Assembly (NCBI GenBank): GCA_013151935.1
Contig: JAADHI010000012.1
Location: forward strand, 1 to 61,443
Direction of reading: 5' to 3'
DNA length: 61,443 nt
Source: Candidatus Manganitrophaceae bacterium
GTDB taxonomy: Bacteria; Nitrospirota; Nitrospiria; SBBL01; JAADHI01
Part shown: positions 1 to 9,468 of the stretch, piece by piece
Position numbering within the stretch: position 1 is the first letter of the stretch
Layout: the number at the start of each line of letters is the position of its first letter
Notes under the pieces: model-generated
Database searches by the model: none
What the model saw: only the letters and a program-made list of their open reading frames with translations
What the model was told of the DNA's origin: nothing
Translations under genes and position numbers: made by a program

Positions 1-814
1 GATCGGCATAATTCAAAACAAGGGCTTCGATTTCAGCACCCCGATCTGCGAGATTTGCGGCAAAAATGTTAATCGCCAAAGTCACCATACGTTGATCCGT
101 TCCGGTCACTTCAACAAACAATTCCGAATCACCCACTTCAACTTCGCCTAAAGCACGACTATTGATAATGGGCGGGAAAGAAAGGATCTCTCCCTTGGCA
201 TCTTTTAAAATCGGGAACTGTTTCGCGCCCTTTAAGGTGTGCGCGTATTCAATGCCCTTGGGGTGTTTTGTGATGATCTCTTTTAAAGACATCGGCATAT
301 CAAAGCCCAGTGGCACAAAGAAGGTGCTTTCGGGATCAACCAAATCATATTTGACCGGAAAGTTGATTTTTTGCAGACGATAGAGTCCGATAGAAACCAT
401 TTGACGATTACGACCAAAACTATCGGCCAGCTTTTCCTGTGCCTGAATGAGTTGATCCAATATGGGCGCGGTCACGGTCATGCCCCGTGAGATACATGCC
501 GCCAAATAAGGACGCACTGTGCTGACTTCTTTTGAAATCTCAACATGGTATTGGGCTTTATTTGAAGTATCAAAAAATGGATAGCGTTCAGACCAAGACC
601 CCTTTGCAGGACGAATTTGACGCACGATACCTTCGGGGGTCCAAAGGTCGGGACGATTGGTATCGTTCAATTCTATTTTGACCGAATCACTTTCGCGAAA
701 AAAATCTTTGACTTCGCCTTTTACTTTTTCAAGCAAGGTTTCAAGCTTTTCCTGATCAACGGTGTCTTTTAAGAGGGATTCCAAATCGCTTATTTTTACT
801 TCAATGGTCGGCAT
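1..814 (-). CDS. pheT: Phenylalanine--tRNA ligase beta subunit, archaeal/eukaryotic type (partial; runs off the left edge)
   Basis: Translated by hand from ATG at 814, overlapping the pheS end: [37 protein letters not shown]...IELNDTNRPDLWTPEGIVRQ. The N-terminus runs straight into the NRPDL motif with no bacterial B2 insertion. Not in the ORF track. Confidence 0.9.
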   Translation of the reverse strand, partial: MPTIEVKISDLESLLKDTVDQEKLETLLEKVKGEVKDFFRESDSVKIELNDTNRPDLWTPEGIVRQIRPAKGSWSERYPFFDTSNKAQYHVEISKEVSTVRPYLAACISRGMTVTAPILDQLIQAQEKLADSFGRNRQMVSIGLYRLQKINFPVKYDLVDPESTFFVPLGFDMPMSLKEIITKHPKGIEYAHTLKGAKQFPILKDAKGEILSFPPIINSRALGEVEVGDSELFVEVTGTDQRMVTLAINIFAANLADRGAEIEALVLNYAD

Positions 815-2387
815 GTTTCACCTTGTTTATGTGTTGTTTTTCCCGCACCATATTTAAGTCGGAAGAAAATAAATCACGAATATCAGAGATACCCAAAGCC
901 ATCATCGCCATGCGATCCAAACCCAAACCCCAGGCAATCACGGGCACATCCACACCTAAAGGCCCCGTCACTTCAGGGCGAAAGAGACCCGCACCGCCCA
1001 ATTCCATCCATCCCAATTTTGGATGACGTACGTGCATTTCGACGGAGGGCTCGGTAAAAGGAAAATAGGCGGGGAGAAATTTAATTTCTTCGGCCAAGGC
1101 CACTTCTTTTGCAAAAAGTGTCAGCAGGCCTAAGAGGGTACGAAAGTGAATTTCTTTGCCCAGCACAATACCTTCGACCTGAAAAAAATCCGGCGCGTGT
1201 GTGGCATCCACTTGATCATAACGAAAACAGCGGGCAATGGAAAAATACTTGCCGGGGTTTTTGGCCCCCGCACCCAATGTCCGCGCTGAAACTGATGTGC
1301 CTTGGCTTCTTAAGATAAGTCGTCTTGTGCGCTCGGCATCAAAGGGATAACGCCAGCCCCGTGAGCCGGTATCGCCCCCGTCTTCGTGAGCAGCAGCCAC
1401 ACGGTCAACGACATCTTTCGGAATAGATCGATCATGCGGCGTGTCTTTCACAAAATACACATCATGGATTTCACGCGCCGGATGAAATTGCGGCATAAAC
1501 AAGGCATCCATATCCCAAAATTCATTTTCAACCAAAGGGCCACGCATTTCGGAGAAACCCATGGAAACAAACTTTGTTTTCACTTGATCCAAAAATGCTT
1601 TGTAGGGATGCAAAGCTCCACCACTGATACGAGATGGGGGAAGCTGAATATTATATTTACGAAAAATTTTCCCCTGCCAGGATTTTTCTTTCAAAATTTC
1701 CGGCGTGAGTTCGCTTAAGGTTTCAACACTTTTTTCGGAAGCGACCTTTTCATAAACGGGCGCGAATAAATCTGTTTTTTGATAGATCCGTGAAATTGCT
1801 TCATCCACACGAAAGATGCCTTTTGAGGGACTGCGTTTACGATGATGGGTCTCAATGATGGTCTGCTCTGCTGCTGAAAATTCAGAAAAAAGGCAGCGAC
1901 TGTCTTTTTTCTTGAGGCCATCAATCACATTTTGAAGCCTACGAAAAACAGACAGGGGCGCTTCATCTGAAATTTTAAACCGTCCACCCGGCACAACAGA
2001 AACTGCACCGCTGGACTTGAGTGCGCCGATGGCCTTGCTTTTTTCTTCCGGCGCCATGTCTGTGCGCTGTTGTAATTCTCGAATACCCACTTCACCTCGT
2101 TCCAAAATTTCTTCTGCCATGCGAAGTGGTGGATTTTTCAGCGCAGCGTATTTTTCTCCAATTTCAGTCAAACTTGCGATGAGCTTCACCTTTTCATCAG
2201 ACAGCACAATGATTTTTTTCGCCAAGAGCCATTCAATCGCCGATGAAATTTGAGCAGGTTTGAGTCCTGATGATTTCGCAAGCAATTCTGGACTACATCG
2301 ATCCTGTTCGGCAAAAACCCGCATGACCTGTTTTTCAAGCGGGTGAAGGGCTTCAAGAAGATGAGATAAATTTATTTCGGTCATCAC
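801..2387 (-). CDS. pheS: Phenylalanine--tRNA ligase alpha subunit, long archaeal/eukaryotic type
   Basis: 528 aa; motifs [51 protein letters not shown]; about 230-aa N-terminal extension. Confidence 0.93.
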   Translation of the reverse strand: MMTEINLSHLLEALHPLEKQVMRVFAEQDRCSPELLAKSSGLKPAQISSAIEWLLAKKIIVLSDEKVKLIASLTEIGEKYAALKNPPLRMAEEILERGEVGIRELQQRTDMAPEEKSKAIGALKSSGAVSVVPGGRFKISDEAPLSVFRRLQNVIDGLKKKDSRCLFSEFSAAEQTIIETHHRKRSPSKGIFRVDEAISRIYQKTDLFAPVYEKVASEKSVETLSELTPEILKEKSWQGKIFRKYNIQLPPSRISGGALHPYKAFLDQVKTKFVSMGFSEMRGPLVENEFWDMDALFMPQFHPAREIHDVYFVKDTPHDRSIPKDVVDRVAAAHEDGGDTGSRGWRYPFDAERTRRLILRSQGTSVSARTLGAGAKNPGKYFSIARCFRYDQVDATHAPDFFQVEGIVLGKEIHFRTLLGLLTLFAKEVALAEEIKFLPAYFPFTEPSVEMHVRHPKLGWMELGGAGLFRPEVTGPLGVDVPVIAWGLGLDRMAMMALGISDIRDLFSSDLNMVREKQHINKVKHADH

Positions 2388-3049
2388 AAAGTACCTTCCT
2401 GTCGAAGCGCCCGAATGGCATCGCCATAATCAGGATATTCCTTATTTTTAAAAACGGCGGTTCCTGCGACAAAAACATCCACTCCCGCTTCAGAAAGGGC
2501 CTTCATATTTCCCGTCGTCACGCCGCCATCGACTTCGATGAGGGTGCTCAGATTTCGTTTTCGGATCATTTTTTTTGCAGTACGAATTTTTTCATAGGCT
2601 TGCGGGATAAATTTTTGGCCGCCAAAACCGGGATTGACAGACATAATCAATAACAAGTCTAAGTCATCTAGAATGGATTCAATGCTGGAAATGGGCGTCG
2701 CAGGATTCAAGGAAACACCTGCCTTTGCGCCCAAACTTTTAATCAATTGGATCGTGCGATGCAGGTGTGGACAGGCCTCAAAATGCACGGTGACCGAGTC
2801 GGCACCCGCTTTGATAAATCCGGGGATGAGCAAGTCCGGCTCCACAATCATAAGATGCACATCCATCAACTTATCCGTCACTTTCCGTGCGGCATCCACC
2901 ACAAGCGGGCCAATCGTGAGGTTTGGCACAAAACGACCATCCATCACATCCACATGAATCCAGTCGGCACCACCTGCGTCAATGGCTTTGATTTCCTCAC
3001 CTAACTTTGAAAAATCGGCTGATAAAATAGAAGGGGCAATTTTAGGCAT
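2384..3049 (-). CDS. rpe: Ribulose-phosphate 3-epimerase
   Basis: [37 protein letters not shown]. Confidence 0.97.
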   Translation of the reverse strand: MPKIAPSILSADFSKLGEEIKAIDAGGADWIHVDVMDGRFVPNLTIGPLVVDAARKVTDKLMDVHLMIVEPDLLIPGFIKAGADSVTVHFEACPHLHRTIQLIKSLGAKAGVSLNPATPISSIESILDDLDLLLIMSVNPGFGGQKFIPQAYEKIRTAKKMIRKRNLSTLIEVDGGVTTGNMKALSEAGVDVFVAGTAVFKNKEYPDYGDAIRALRQEGTL

Positions 3050-3133
3050 TATTCATCTCATTTCAATCATCAAAGAAAACAAATCCGTCATGCAGATTTT
3101 CTTGAAAGGAAGTCCTCAAACAATTAGACTGAT

Positions 3134-3943
3134 TCATTTTTTCTTTCGACTCTTCACAATGGCATCGTGGGCTTCTGTGAATTGCTGCATTTGTTCTTTT
3201 GCAAATTTTAAAAAACCGTCCGGCAAACCTTTGGACGCCAGTTTATCGGGGTGGTACTCCCGGGCTTTTTTGCGAAAGGCACTTTTGACTTCAGAATCCG
3301 TCGCGGTTTTGTCCACTTCGAGCACTTTATAATAACGATCCAAATCTGCCGTAAAACCTGAACCTGAGCTCCGGCGATAATCCTGCCCAGACTGCGAACG
3401 CCTGCGGGATTGACCTCCAGCACTCCCCATCAACTCGGCTTCCAATAGTTCATAGGCTCCTTCGTGCAAGTGAAGATAAGCAGGCAATAATTCCAAGATC
3501 TCTTTTTCTGCGGGATGGAGTTCGCCATCGGCCAAGGCGGTCATGAAAAGGACCCGATAAATGGTCTCTCGCATGGCGTCATCTTGCATAAATATTTCTG
3601 AAATCTGCTCGGCATATTTGTAGATAGAAGTGTCGTCCAACTTGGCACGGTCAAAAATCTGAATCGCCACCTGACGTGATTTCGCATCCAGATCAAGCTC
3701 CTGTTTGATGAAAGCATTGATGAATTCGACTTCGTCTCTGCTCACCACGCCGTCGGCTTTGGCTATTTTGGCCAACATCGAAAAAGTCGCCACAAGAAAA
3801 CCAATCTGTTTCTGCTGACCACCACCCAGTTTGCCTTGATCCTGCGTAAGCGAGCTACCGAGTCCCGCGCCGATGATTGCCCCGATGGGGCCGCCAAAAA
3901 GCATTCCAATTGTGCCGCCGATTCCGGCCCCCCACCAAGCCAT
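3134..3943 (-). CDS. djlA: DjlA-like co-chaperone (N-terminal TM, TerB-like domain, C-terminal J domain)
   Basis: Gly-rich N-terminal TM; AKADGVVS and ADGELHPAE TerB motifs; J domain with HPD. Confidence 0.8.
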   Translation of the reverse strand: MAWWGAGIGGTIGMLFGGPIGAIIGAGLGSSLTQDQGKLGGGQQKQIGFLVATFSMLAKIAKADGVVSRDEVEFINAFIKQELDLDAKSRQVAIQIFDRAKLDDTSIYKYAEQISEIFMQDDAMRETIYRVLFMTALADGELHPAEKEILELLPAYLHLHEGAYELLEAELMGSAGGQSRRRSQSGQDYRRSSGSGFTADLDRYYKVLEVDKTATDSEVKSAFRKKAREYHPDKLASKGLPDGFLKFAKEQMQQFTEAHDAIVKSRKKK

Positions 3944-3997
3944 TATTGCCCTCCTTGCACGACGTGTTCATCGTTTAAACCTTGAGTCTGTTTCATC

Positions 3998-5290
3998 TTA
4001 TTTCATTTTTCTCCATCGGACTGCAAAAAATCGGTCTATATTATCTGAATTGAAAGTACTTGTAAAATAGCCTGATTCATCCACATATTTTCTCGCCGCC
4101 ACAGGCAATAAAACCGAAAGATTGTCTCGTTCCATTTCAGGATGTTCCATTAAAAAAGTCTCAGCGATGGCCTCATTTTCCTCTCGCTCCGTTGAACAAG
4201 TCACATATAACAAATATCCCCCAGGCTTTAAATAAGCGACCACCTCATTTAATATTTCAAGCTGTATTTTGGCATACGCTTGAATCATCTTTTCTTTTTT
4301 TGACCACTTCCCTTCAGGGATACGTCTCAAGATCCCCAAAGCCGAACAGGGGGCATCCACCAAAATCCGGTCATACTGCCGGTTTTCAGAAAGCGCTTCG
4401 GACAAAGGCATGATCTGAACATTGGGACTTTGAAGCCGTTCTAAGTTTTCCTTTAATAAAAGAAGCCGTTTCGCACTGCGATCCGTTGCGATAATGTGGG
4501 CCTTACCTGCCGTGAGCTCAGCCAGATGGCTTGTTTTTCCACCCGGCGCCGCACAAAGATCCAGGATGCACTCTCCCGGTTTTGCACCCAATAGATGGGC
4601 CGTCAATTGCGCACCTTCATCCTGGATATAAAACTCCCCGCGTTTGAAGGCGGGCAAAGTCGCCACAGAAAGCCCTTTAACGCTTAAGGCATCAGGAGAA
4701 AGCGAAGCCACTTCAACACGTGCACCTTCTGCGATGAGCGCCGTCATCAAAACATCTCGAGTTGTTTTTAAACGATTGACCCTGAGGGTCATCGGTGGGG
4801 TAAGATTGTTCGATTCACACAGTATACGTGCTTTTTCTATCCCCCAACGTGAAATCCAGCGCTTCACCATCCACACCGGGTGGGATGTCAAAATTGCAAT
4901 GGCCTGAATAGGGTGTTTAGCATCCGGCTGAGGAAGCGTATCCTTGCTGCGAATCACATTTCTGAGCATGCCGTTCACAAAACGTCCGGCCCCCAGCCCC
5001 TCAGTGGTTTTAGCGAGATTCACTGCGCTGTTTACAATGGCATAGTCTGGAATACGATCTAAAAAAATGACTTGATAGAGTGCCAATCTCAGAATAATGC
5101 GGATCTTTTTTTTAACCCGTTTCAGCCGTGCAAACTGGTCAATCCACCAATCCAGTAAAGCCCGTTGTCGAAAAACGCCGTAAACGAGCTCAGTCATGAG
5201 TGCCTGATCACGCCTCTCTAACTGCGTTTTATTGATGACCTCGTTAATAAGCAAGCCAAGGTCTGCGCCAGTCGATTCAGCCTCACGCAA
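3998..5290 (-). CDS. rsmB: 16S rRNA m5C967 methyltransferase RsmB (true start probably further upstream)
   Basis: NusB-like N-terminal domain; IQDEGAQ, LDLCAAPGGKT, ILVDAPCS, YVTCS. Confidence 0.93.
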   Translation of the reverse strand: MREAESTGADLGLLINEVINKTQLERRDQALMTELVYGVFRQRALLDWWIDQFARLKRVKKKIRIILRLALYQVIFLDRIPDYAIVNSAVNLAKTTEGLGAGRFVNGMLRNVIRSKDTLPQPDAKHPIQAIAILTSHPVWMVKRWISRWGIEKARILCESNNLTPPMTLRVNRLKTTRDVLMTALIAEGARVEVASLSPDALSVKGLSVATLPAFKRGEFYIQDEGAQLTAHLLGAKPGECILDLCAAPGGKTSHLAELTAGKAHIIATDRSAKRLLLLKENLERLQSPNVQIMPLSEALSENRQYDRILVDAPCSALGILRRIPEGKWSKKEKMIQAYAKIQLEILNEVVAYLKPGGYLLYVTCSTEREENEAIAETFLMEHPEMERDNLSVLLPVAARKYVDESGYFTSTFNSDNIDRFFAVRWRKMK

Positions 5291-5396
5291 AAGAAAAAAC
5301 GTCTTTTCTCGGACATCCGGGGGTTTCTTCTGAAGCGATCTGGCGCTTGATTTTGGTGATTTGTTTTGAATCAGACTAATCGCTAAAAGTAATTGT

Positions 5397-6149
5397 TCAA
5401 TCTCTTGATTGTAATTTTGAAAGCAAGTGCAGGATTTCGATATACAACCACACCAGCGTCACCAAAAGACTGAAAGCCCCAAACCACTCCATGTATTTGG
5501 GTGCACCATGGGCCGCACCTTTTGCGATAAAATCAAAATCCATCACCAGGTTAAGTGAGGCAATGACCACAACAACAAGACTAAAAAGAATCCCAAATGT
5601 CCCGTTGGAATGAATCAAGGGAATCGAAACACCAAACATGCCCACCACAAAGCTGATGAGATAAACAAGGGCAATACCACCCGTTGCCGCAAACACGCCC
5701 ATCTTAAATTTCTCTGTGACACGGATGACACCTGTGCGATAAGCCAAGAGCAGCGCGCCTAATGTGCCAAAGGTCAAAAAAACCGCCTGGCTCGCAATGC
5801 CGGGATAGCGCATTTCTACCCCCACCGAAATTCCGCCTAAAGCCAAACCTTCCAAAACCGCATAAATGGGTGTCGTCATTGGGGCCAGGTGCATTTTAAA
5901 AATTGTGATCATGGCGACAATCAAACCCCCAATAAAACCCGCCAAGACCAGCCCCATAAAAGGTGCACCTTGCATACCCAAATTCCAGGTATAGCTTGCT
6001 GAAACAATCAGTATCATGAGAGAAAGTACCGTTTTATTGACGGTGCCTTCAACGGTCATCGCCTTCCCGCGCAAGCCTGCTGAAATTCCGGCAAAAGGAT
6101 TTTTTTTCAAAGCCGGGTTCCCAGACTGAAAGTTAAAACGACGATTCAT
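5397..6149 (-). CDS. Bax inhibitor-1/YccA family membrane protein
   Basis: About 7 TM segments; MTVEGTVNKT, NLVMDFDFI..GA..GAPKYMEW, LVWLYIEIL; GGAGG RBS before ATG 6149. Confidence 0.85.
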   Translation of the reverse strand: MNRRFNFQSGNPALKKNPFAGISAGLRGKAMTVEGTVNKTVLSLMILIVSASYTWNLGMQGAPFMGLVLAGFIGGLIVAMITIFKMHLAPMTTPIYAVLEGLALGGISVGVEMRYPGIASQAVFLTFGTLGALLLAYRTGVIRVTEKFKMGVFAATGGIALVYLISFVVGMFGVSIPLIHSNGTFGILFSLVVVVIASLNLVMDFDFIAKGAAHGAPKYMEWFGAFSLLVTLVWLYIEILHLLSKLQSRD

Positions 6150-6223
6150 ATTCAAATCCTCCAGAAATAAGTTTTATCTTTATAAATAAAAATTGATGTC
6201 ACGCAAAAATAACTGTGTCTTGA

Positions 6224-6252
6224 GTCGGAGCAGGCTTCAAACCCGCCTCTAC
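6224..6252 (-). repeat. GTAG-type REP-like imperfect palindrome overlapping the fmt stop codon
   Basis: Minus strand reads GTAGAGGCGGGTTTGAAGCCTGCTCCGAC, a GTAG tetranucleotide leading into a GC-rich hairpin. Single copy in the window. Confidence 0.5.
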
Positions 6253-7169
6253 GTAGACAGGACTGCTCCCATTTCGATGGGATGCCCCCCCGCGTAAACC
6301 TGAGCAGCCATCGCACGTTTCCCATCCGCCTGTACCGTCTTAAGTAGGATATAACCTGCACCCGCTGCAATTTCAAGGCCTTTACTGGAAAGCCGCACAA
6401 TCTCTCCGGGGACACCAAAATGTCCTTCCGTCGCCCCAAGACCGATCAATGTCATTTTCCAACGGGTCTTTTTGTAATAAGTTGTGAGACCCGGCCAGGG
6501 CGTAAAGCCCCGCCAACGGTTAAAAATATCCTGGGCGCTCATCTGCCACTGCACCAATCCATCCTCTTTTTTAATCAGTGGGGCCATGCTTGCTTCTGTA
6601 TCATTTTGTGGAATTGCCTTTAAAGTCCCTTTTTTCAAAGATTTTAAGGTTTCAATCAAAAGTTCGGCCCCCGCTTCGGCCAAACGTGGAGACAAATCGG
6701 CTGCCGTTTCATCAAAATCCATCGAAATCTTTTTTTTCAGCAACATAGGCCCCGTATCCATCCCTGCATCCATCAACATTGTTGTCACACCGATTTCTTT
6801 TTCTCCACGGCTTAAGGCCCATTGAATGGGGCCTGCACCGCGATACTTCGGCAGCAATGAGGCATGCACATTGATACAAGCATATTTTGGAATATTGAGG
6901 ACATTTTCAGGCAAAATCTGTCCGAAGGCCACCACCACAATCAAATCGGGGCGAGCGGCCGACAAAAGATCAATGACCTCTGTTGCTTTTCTCAAACGCT
7001 CCGGCTGATAAATGGGAATTCCAAGTTTTAAGGCCGCTTCTTTCACTGGAGGCGAGGTCAAAATCCCTTTGCGCCCCTTTGGGCGGTCGGGCTGGGTCAC
7101 AAGAAAAATCAAGTCTTCTGTCCTTGCAATGGCCTGAAAAGAAGACAGCGCAAAATCAGGCGTCCCCAT
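6249..7169 (-). CDS. fmt: Methionyl-tRNA formyltransferase (true start probably upstream and non-canonical)
   Basis: (RIVF)MGTPDFA, TQPDRPKGR, NVHASLLPKYRG, MDAGMDTG; lies next to def. Confidence 0.96.
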   Translation of the reverse strand: MGTPDFALSSFQAIARTEDLIFLVTQPDRPKGRKGILTSPPVKEAALKLGIPIYQPERLRKATEVIDLLSAARPDLIVVVAFGQILPENVLNIPKYACINVHASLLPKYRGAGPIQWALSRGEKEIGVTTMLMDAGMDTGPMLLKKKISMDFDETAADLSPRLAEAGAELLIETLKSLKKGTLKAIPQNDTEASMAPLIKKEDGLVQWQMSAQDIFNRWRGFTPWPGLTTYYKKTRWKMTLIGLGATEGHFGVPGEIVRLSSKGLEIAAGAGYILLKTVQADGKRAMAAQVYAGGHPIEMGAVLST

Positions 7170-7215
7170 AAAAACAATGCGAAGCTTTTCGTCGGAAAGG
7201 ACTTGTGTCGGGAGG

Positions 7216-7743
7216 CTATTTTGATTCAGCGTATTTCTGCTTTTTTTTGAATTTTCGAATAAAAATATTGCGTTTTAAACTGCTCAAATGATCCAACATC
7301 AAGACCCCGTTTAAATGATCAATTTCGTGTTGAAACAGGCGTGCAGCTAATCCTTCGGCCTCGATACGAATGTCTTTTCCCTCTCGATCCTGTGCTTTGA
7401 GTTGCACTCGATATGCCCGTCTGACTTTTTCAAAATAGCCGGGGATAGAAAGACAGCCTTCGTCCGCAAGCTCTTCCCCTTCTGATTCAATAATTTCAGG
7501 ATTGAGCAGCACAATGGGGCCAGCACCGTATTTTGCTTCGTCGTCACGTCGTGAAAAATCATAAATAAAAAAAGACTGCAAACAGCCCACCTGTGGTGCA
7601 GCCAAGCCCAAACCATCAGAGCAATAAAGGGTCTCAAACATCTGATTGATCTGGTTTTGCAAGACAGCATCAATCTCAGAAACCGCTGCTGATTTTTCAA
7701 AAAGCTGGATCTCAGGATATTTTAGTATTTCTAATGGAGACAT
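7216..7743 (-). CDS. def: Peptide deformylase
   Basis: GLGLAAPQVG, EGCLS, QHEIDHLNG. Confidence 0.97.
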   Translation of the reverse strand: MSPLEILKYPEIQLFEKSAAVSEIDAVLQNQINQMFETLYCSDGLGLAAPQVGCLQSFFIYDFSRRDDEAKYGAGPIVLLNPEIIESEGEELADEGCLSIPGYFEKVRRAYRVQLKAQDREGKDIRIEAEGLAARLFQHEIDHLNGVLMLDHLSSLKRNIFIRKFKKKQKYAESK

Positions 7744-7811
7744 GACTCAAATCCTCGTGAAGGGGTAATTGTACCTTGTTTCCACTTTTCTCCTCAAGTC
7801 CGCAAAACGAA

Positions 7812-8120
7812 TCAGTCGCCATAGATGATCAGCTCATGGTGCATGTATGTTCCAAACAAAACACTCAAAATACGCCGTTCCGCAAATGAAAGATCATGGA
7901 TACCTGCATTTTTAGCTTCCTGAAGAATCAGGTCTTCACTCCAGGCAACCGAGATGTCCGCACCCACAAGCCTCGAACTTACGGAGCGTTCATCTAGAAC
8001 AATGCGCTTGGCTCCGATTTTTGTATTGTTAAAATTGTGCGTCAAAGGCAGGGTCACATCGGAATAGAGACAGCCCGACAACATAAAAGACAAGAAGATG
8101 AGTCCTATTTTTTTAGTCAC
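7812..8120 (-). CDS. TRL-like small lipoprotein
   Basis: GTG start overlapping the upstream gene end; lipobox MLSGC; LYS..LPL...F.NT.IG.K and terminal IIYGD match the neighbouring paralog. Confidence 0.7.
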   Translation of the reverse strand: MTKKIGLIFLSFMLSGCLYSDVTLPLTHNFNNTKIGAKRIVLDERSVSSRLVGADISVAWSEDLILQEAKNAGIHDLSFAERRILSVLFGTYMHHELIIYGD

Positions 8121-8415
8121 CGTAAACCACCGTTTCCAGATGGGCATAAAGACCAAATAAAATGATCGTTGATTTGGCATCAGCATGTTTAATCGTCGTA
8201 ATACCCCCGTTATCCGCAGCCGCCTTTGTGCCTGCATCCCCCCAGGCAAAGAGCCACAGAATTGATGTCGCCTCTGATACTCCTATTTTTGTACCTAAAG
8301 TCGTGTTTTCAAAATCCGTATCCAAAGGCCGTTGGACTTTTGAATAAAGACAGCCCTGCAAAATCATTGAAACAACAAGAGCAAACAAAAAACCGCGTAC
8401 CTCTTTTATTTTCAT
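8113..8415 (-). CDS. TRL-like small lipoprotein
   Basis: GGAGG RBS; lipobox ILQGC; ILWLFAWGDAG..AAA.NGGIT.I.HAD...ILFGLY...T.VYGD pattern typical of TRL-like proteins. Confidence 0.78.
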   Translation of the reverse strand: MKIKEVRGFLFALVVSMILQGCLYSKVQRPLDTDFENTTLGTKIGVSEATSILWLFAWGDAGTKAAADNGGITTIKHADAKSTIILFGLYAHLETVVYGD

Positions 8416-8487
8416 GCATTCCTCCGTGTAATCTCTCTTAATAAAAATAACTCGCCCTTGTTTCTTCGCAAAAAAAAGCAATCGCCT

Positions 8488-9195
8488 CTATTTCGTAAAA
8501 TGAAGAAAAGTGTCATGAAACGACACCTGATTCGCTTGTTTTTTGAGATCTCCTGGACTGCCTTCTGCCACCAGTTTGCCTTGTTCTAAAATAAAAACCC
8601 GTTCGCAGAGCCGATCAATATAGCTCATGAGATGGCTGGAAAGAAGGATGGTCGCGCCTGCGGCGTGCCGCTTACGAATAATCTCGGAAAGCGATTCCAT
8701 CGTGGCCACATCCAAACCGTTAAAAGGCTCATCTAATATCAATAAAGATGGACTGCCAATGAGCGCCGCAGAAATCGCAATCTTTTTTTTCATCCCAAAA
8801 GACAGATCATTTAAAAGCGCATTTCGTTTTGCAGAGAGACCAAAAATTTCAAGCCAGTACTCAATTTCTTCTGTTGCTTTTTCTATGCCCTTGATTTCAG
8901 CAACATACAGCAAGAGCTCTTCTGGGGTGAGCCTGGGATAAAGCAGGGGGGATTCGGGCAAGTAGCCGATATGATGTTTGACGGCCTCGGGCATTTTTTT
9001 TACATCCATCTCACCCAAGAGGATCTTGCCTTTTTTTGGCACAATCAAGCCAACAATCATCTTCATCAGGGTTGATTTTCCTGCGCCATTGTTTCCAATT
9101 AGCCCACAAATTTCCCCTTCCGATTCCAGACTAAAAGGGTGTAGGGCCGTGAGATCTCCGTAAGATTTGGTGACATTTGAAATGGAGAGATTCAT
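8488..9195 (-). CDS. ABC transporter ATP-binding protein (exporter type)
   Basis: Walker A GNNGAGKS, signature LSFGM, Walker B LILDEP, H-loop SSH. Confidence 0.93.
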   Translation of the reverse strand: MNLSISNVTKSYGDLTALHPFSLESEGEICGLIGNNGAGKSTLMKMIVGLIVPKKGKILLGEMDVKKMPEAVKHHIGYLPESPLLYPRLTPEELLLYVAEIKGIEKATEEIEYWLEIFGLSAKRNALLNDLSFGMKKKIAISAALIGSPSLLILDEPFNGLDVATMESLSEIIRKRHAAGATILLSSHLMSYIDRLCERVFILEQGKLVAEGSPGDLKKQANQVSFHDTFLHFTK

Positions 9196-9468
9196 TAGGG
9201 GGTGTCCTCAATTAAAAACCCAGTGCTGCCGGGTCTATTTTTTTGTCTAATAAGGCAGTACTTACGTGCTGTAGCTGCGCTACAGCAGTGGGTGCTAACA
9301 CAGTTAGACCAAAAAATAGGCCCGGCCCTTCGGGTTGAGCCGAAATTTTTGCCAATCTGTGTTGTTCATCGTTCATTTGGAGTAACCAAACTCATCTCCT
9401 CGCGCCCGCCTTGCCTGACAAAAATTTCGGCTCAACAGCACTGGGTTTTTAATTGAGGGCGCCCCCTA
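9196..9468. mobile_element. MITE-like non-autonomous element with 33-bp terminal inverted repeats and TA ends
   Basis: 9196-9228 TAGGGGGTGTCCTCAATTAAAAACCCAGTGCTG matches the reverse complement of 9436-9468 at 31/33. Internal IR pairs at 9228-9250/9304-9326 and 9334-9351/9419-9436. No transposase. Confidence 0.75.

Noticed and set aside
7812-8249. 145-aa version of the first TRL-like ORF
   Set aside because: It overlaps the paralog extensively; the signal peptide indicates a start at GTG 8120.
9202-9456. 84-aa ORF inside the MITE-like element
   Set aside because: No transposase motifs or RBS; likely a chance ORF within the inverted repeats.
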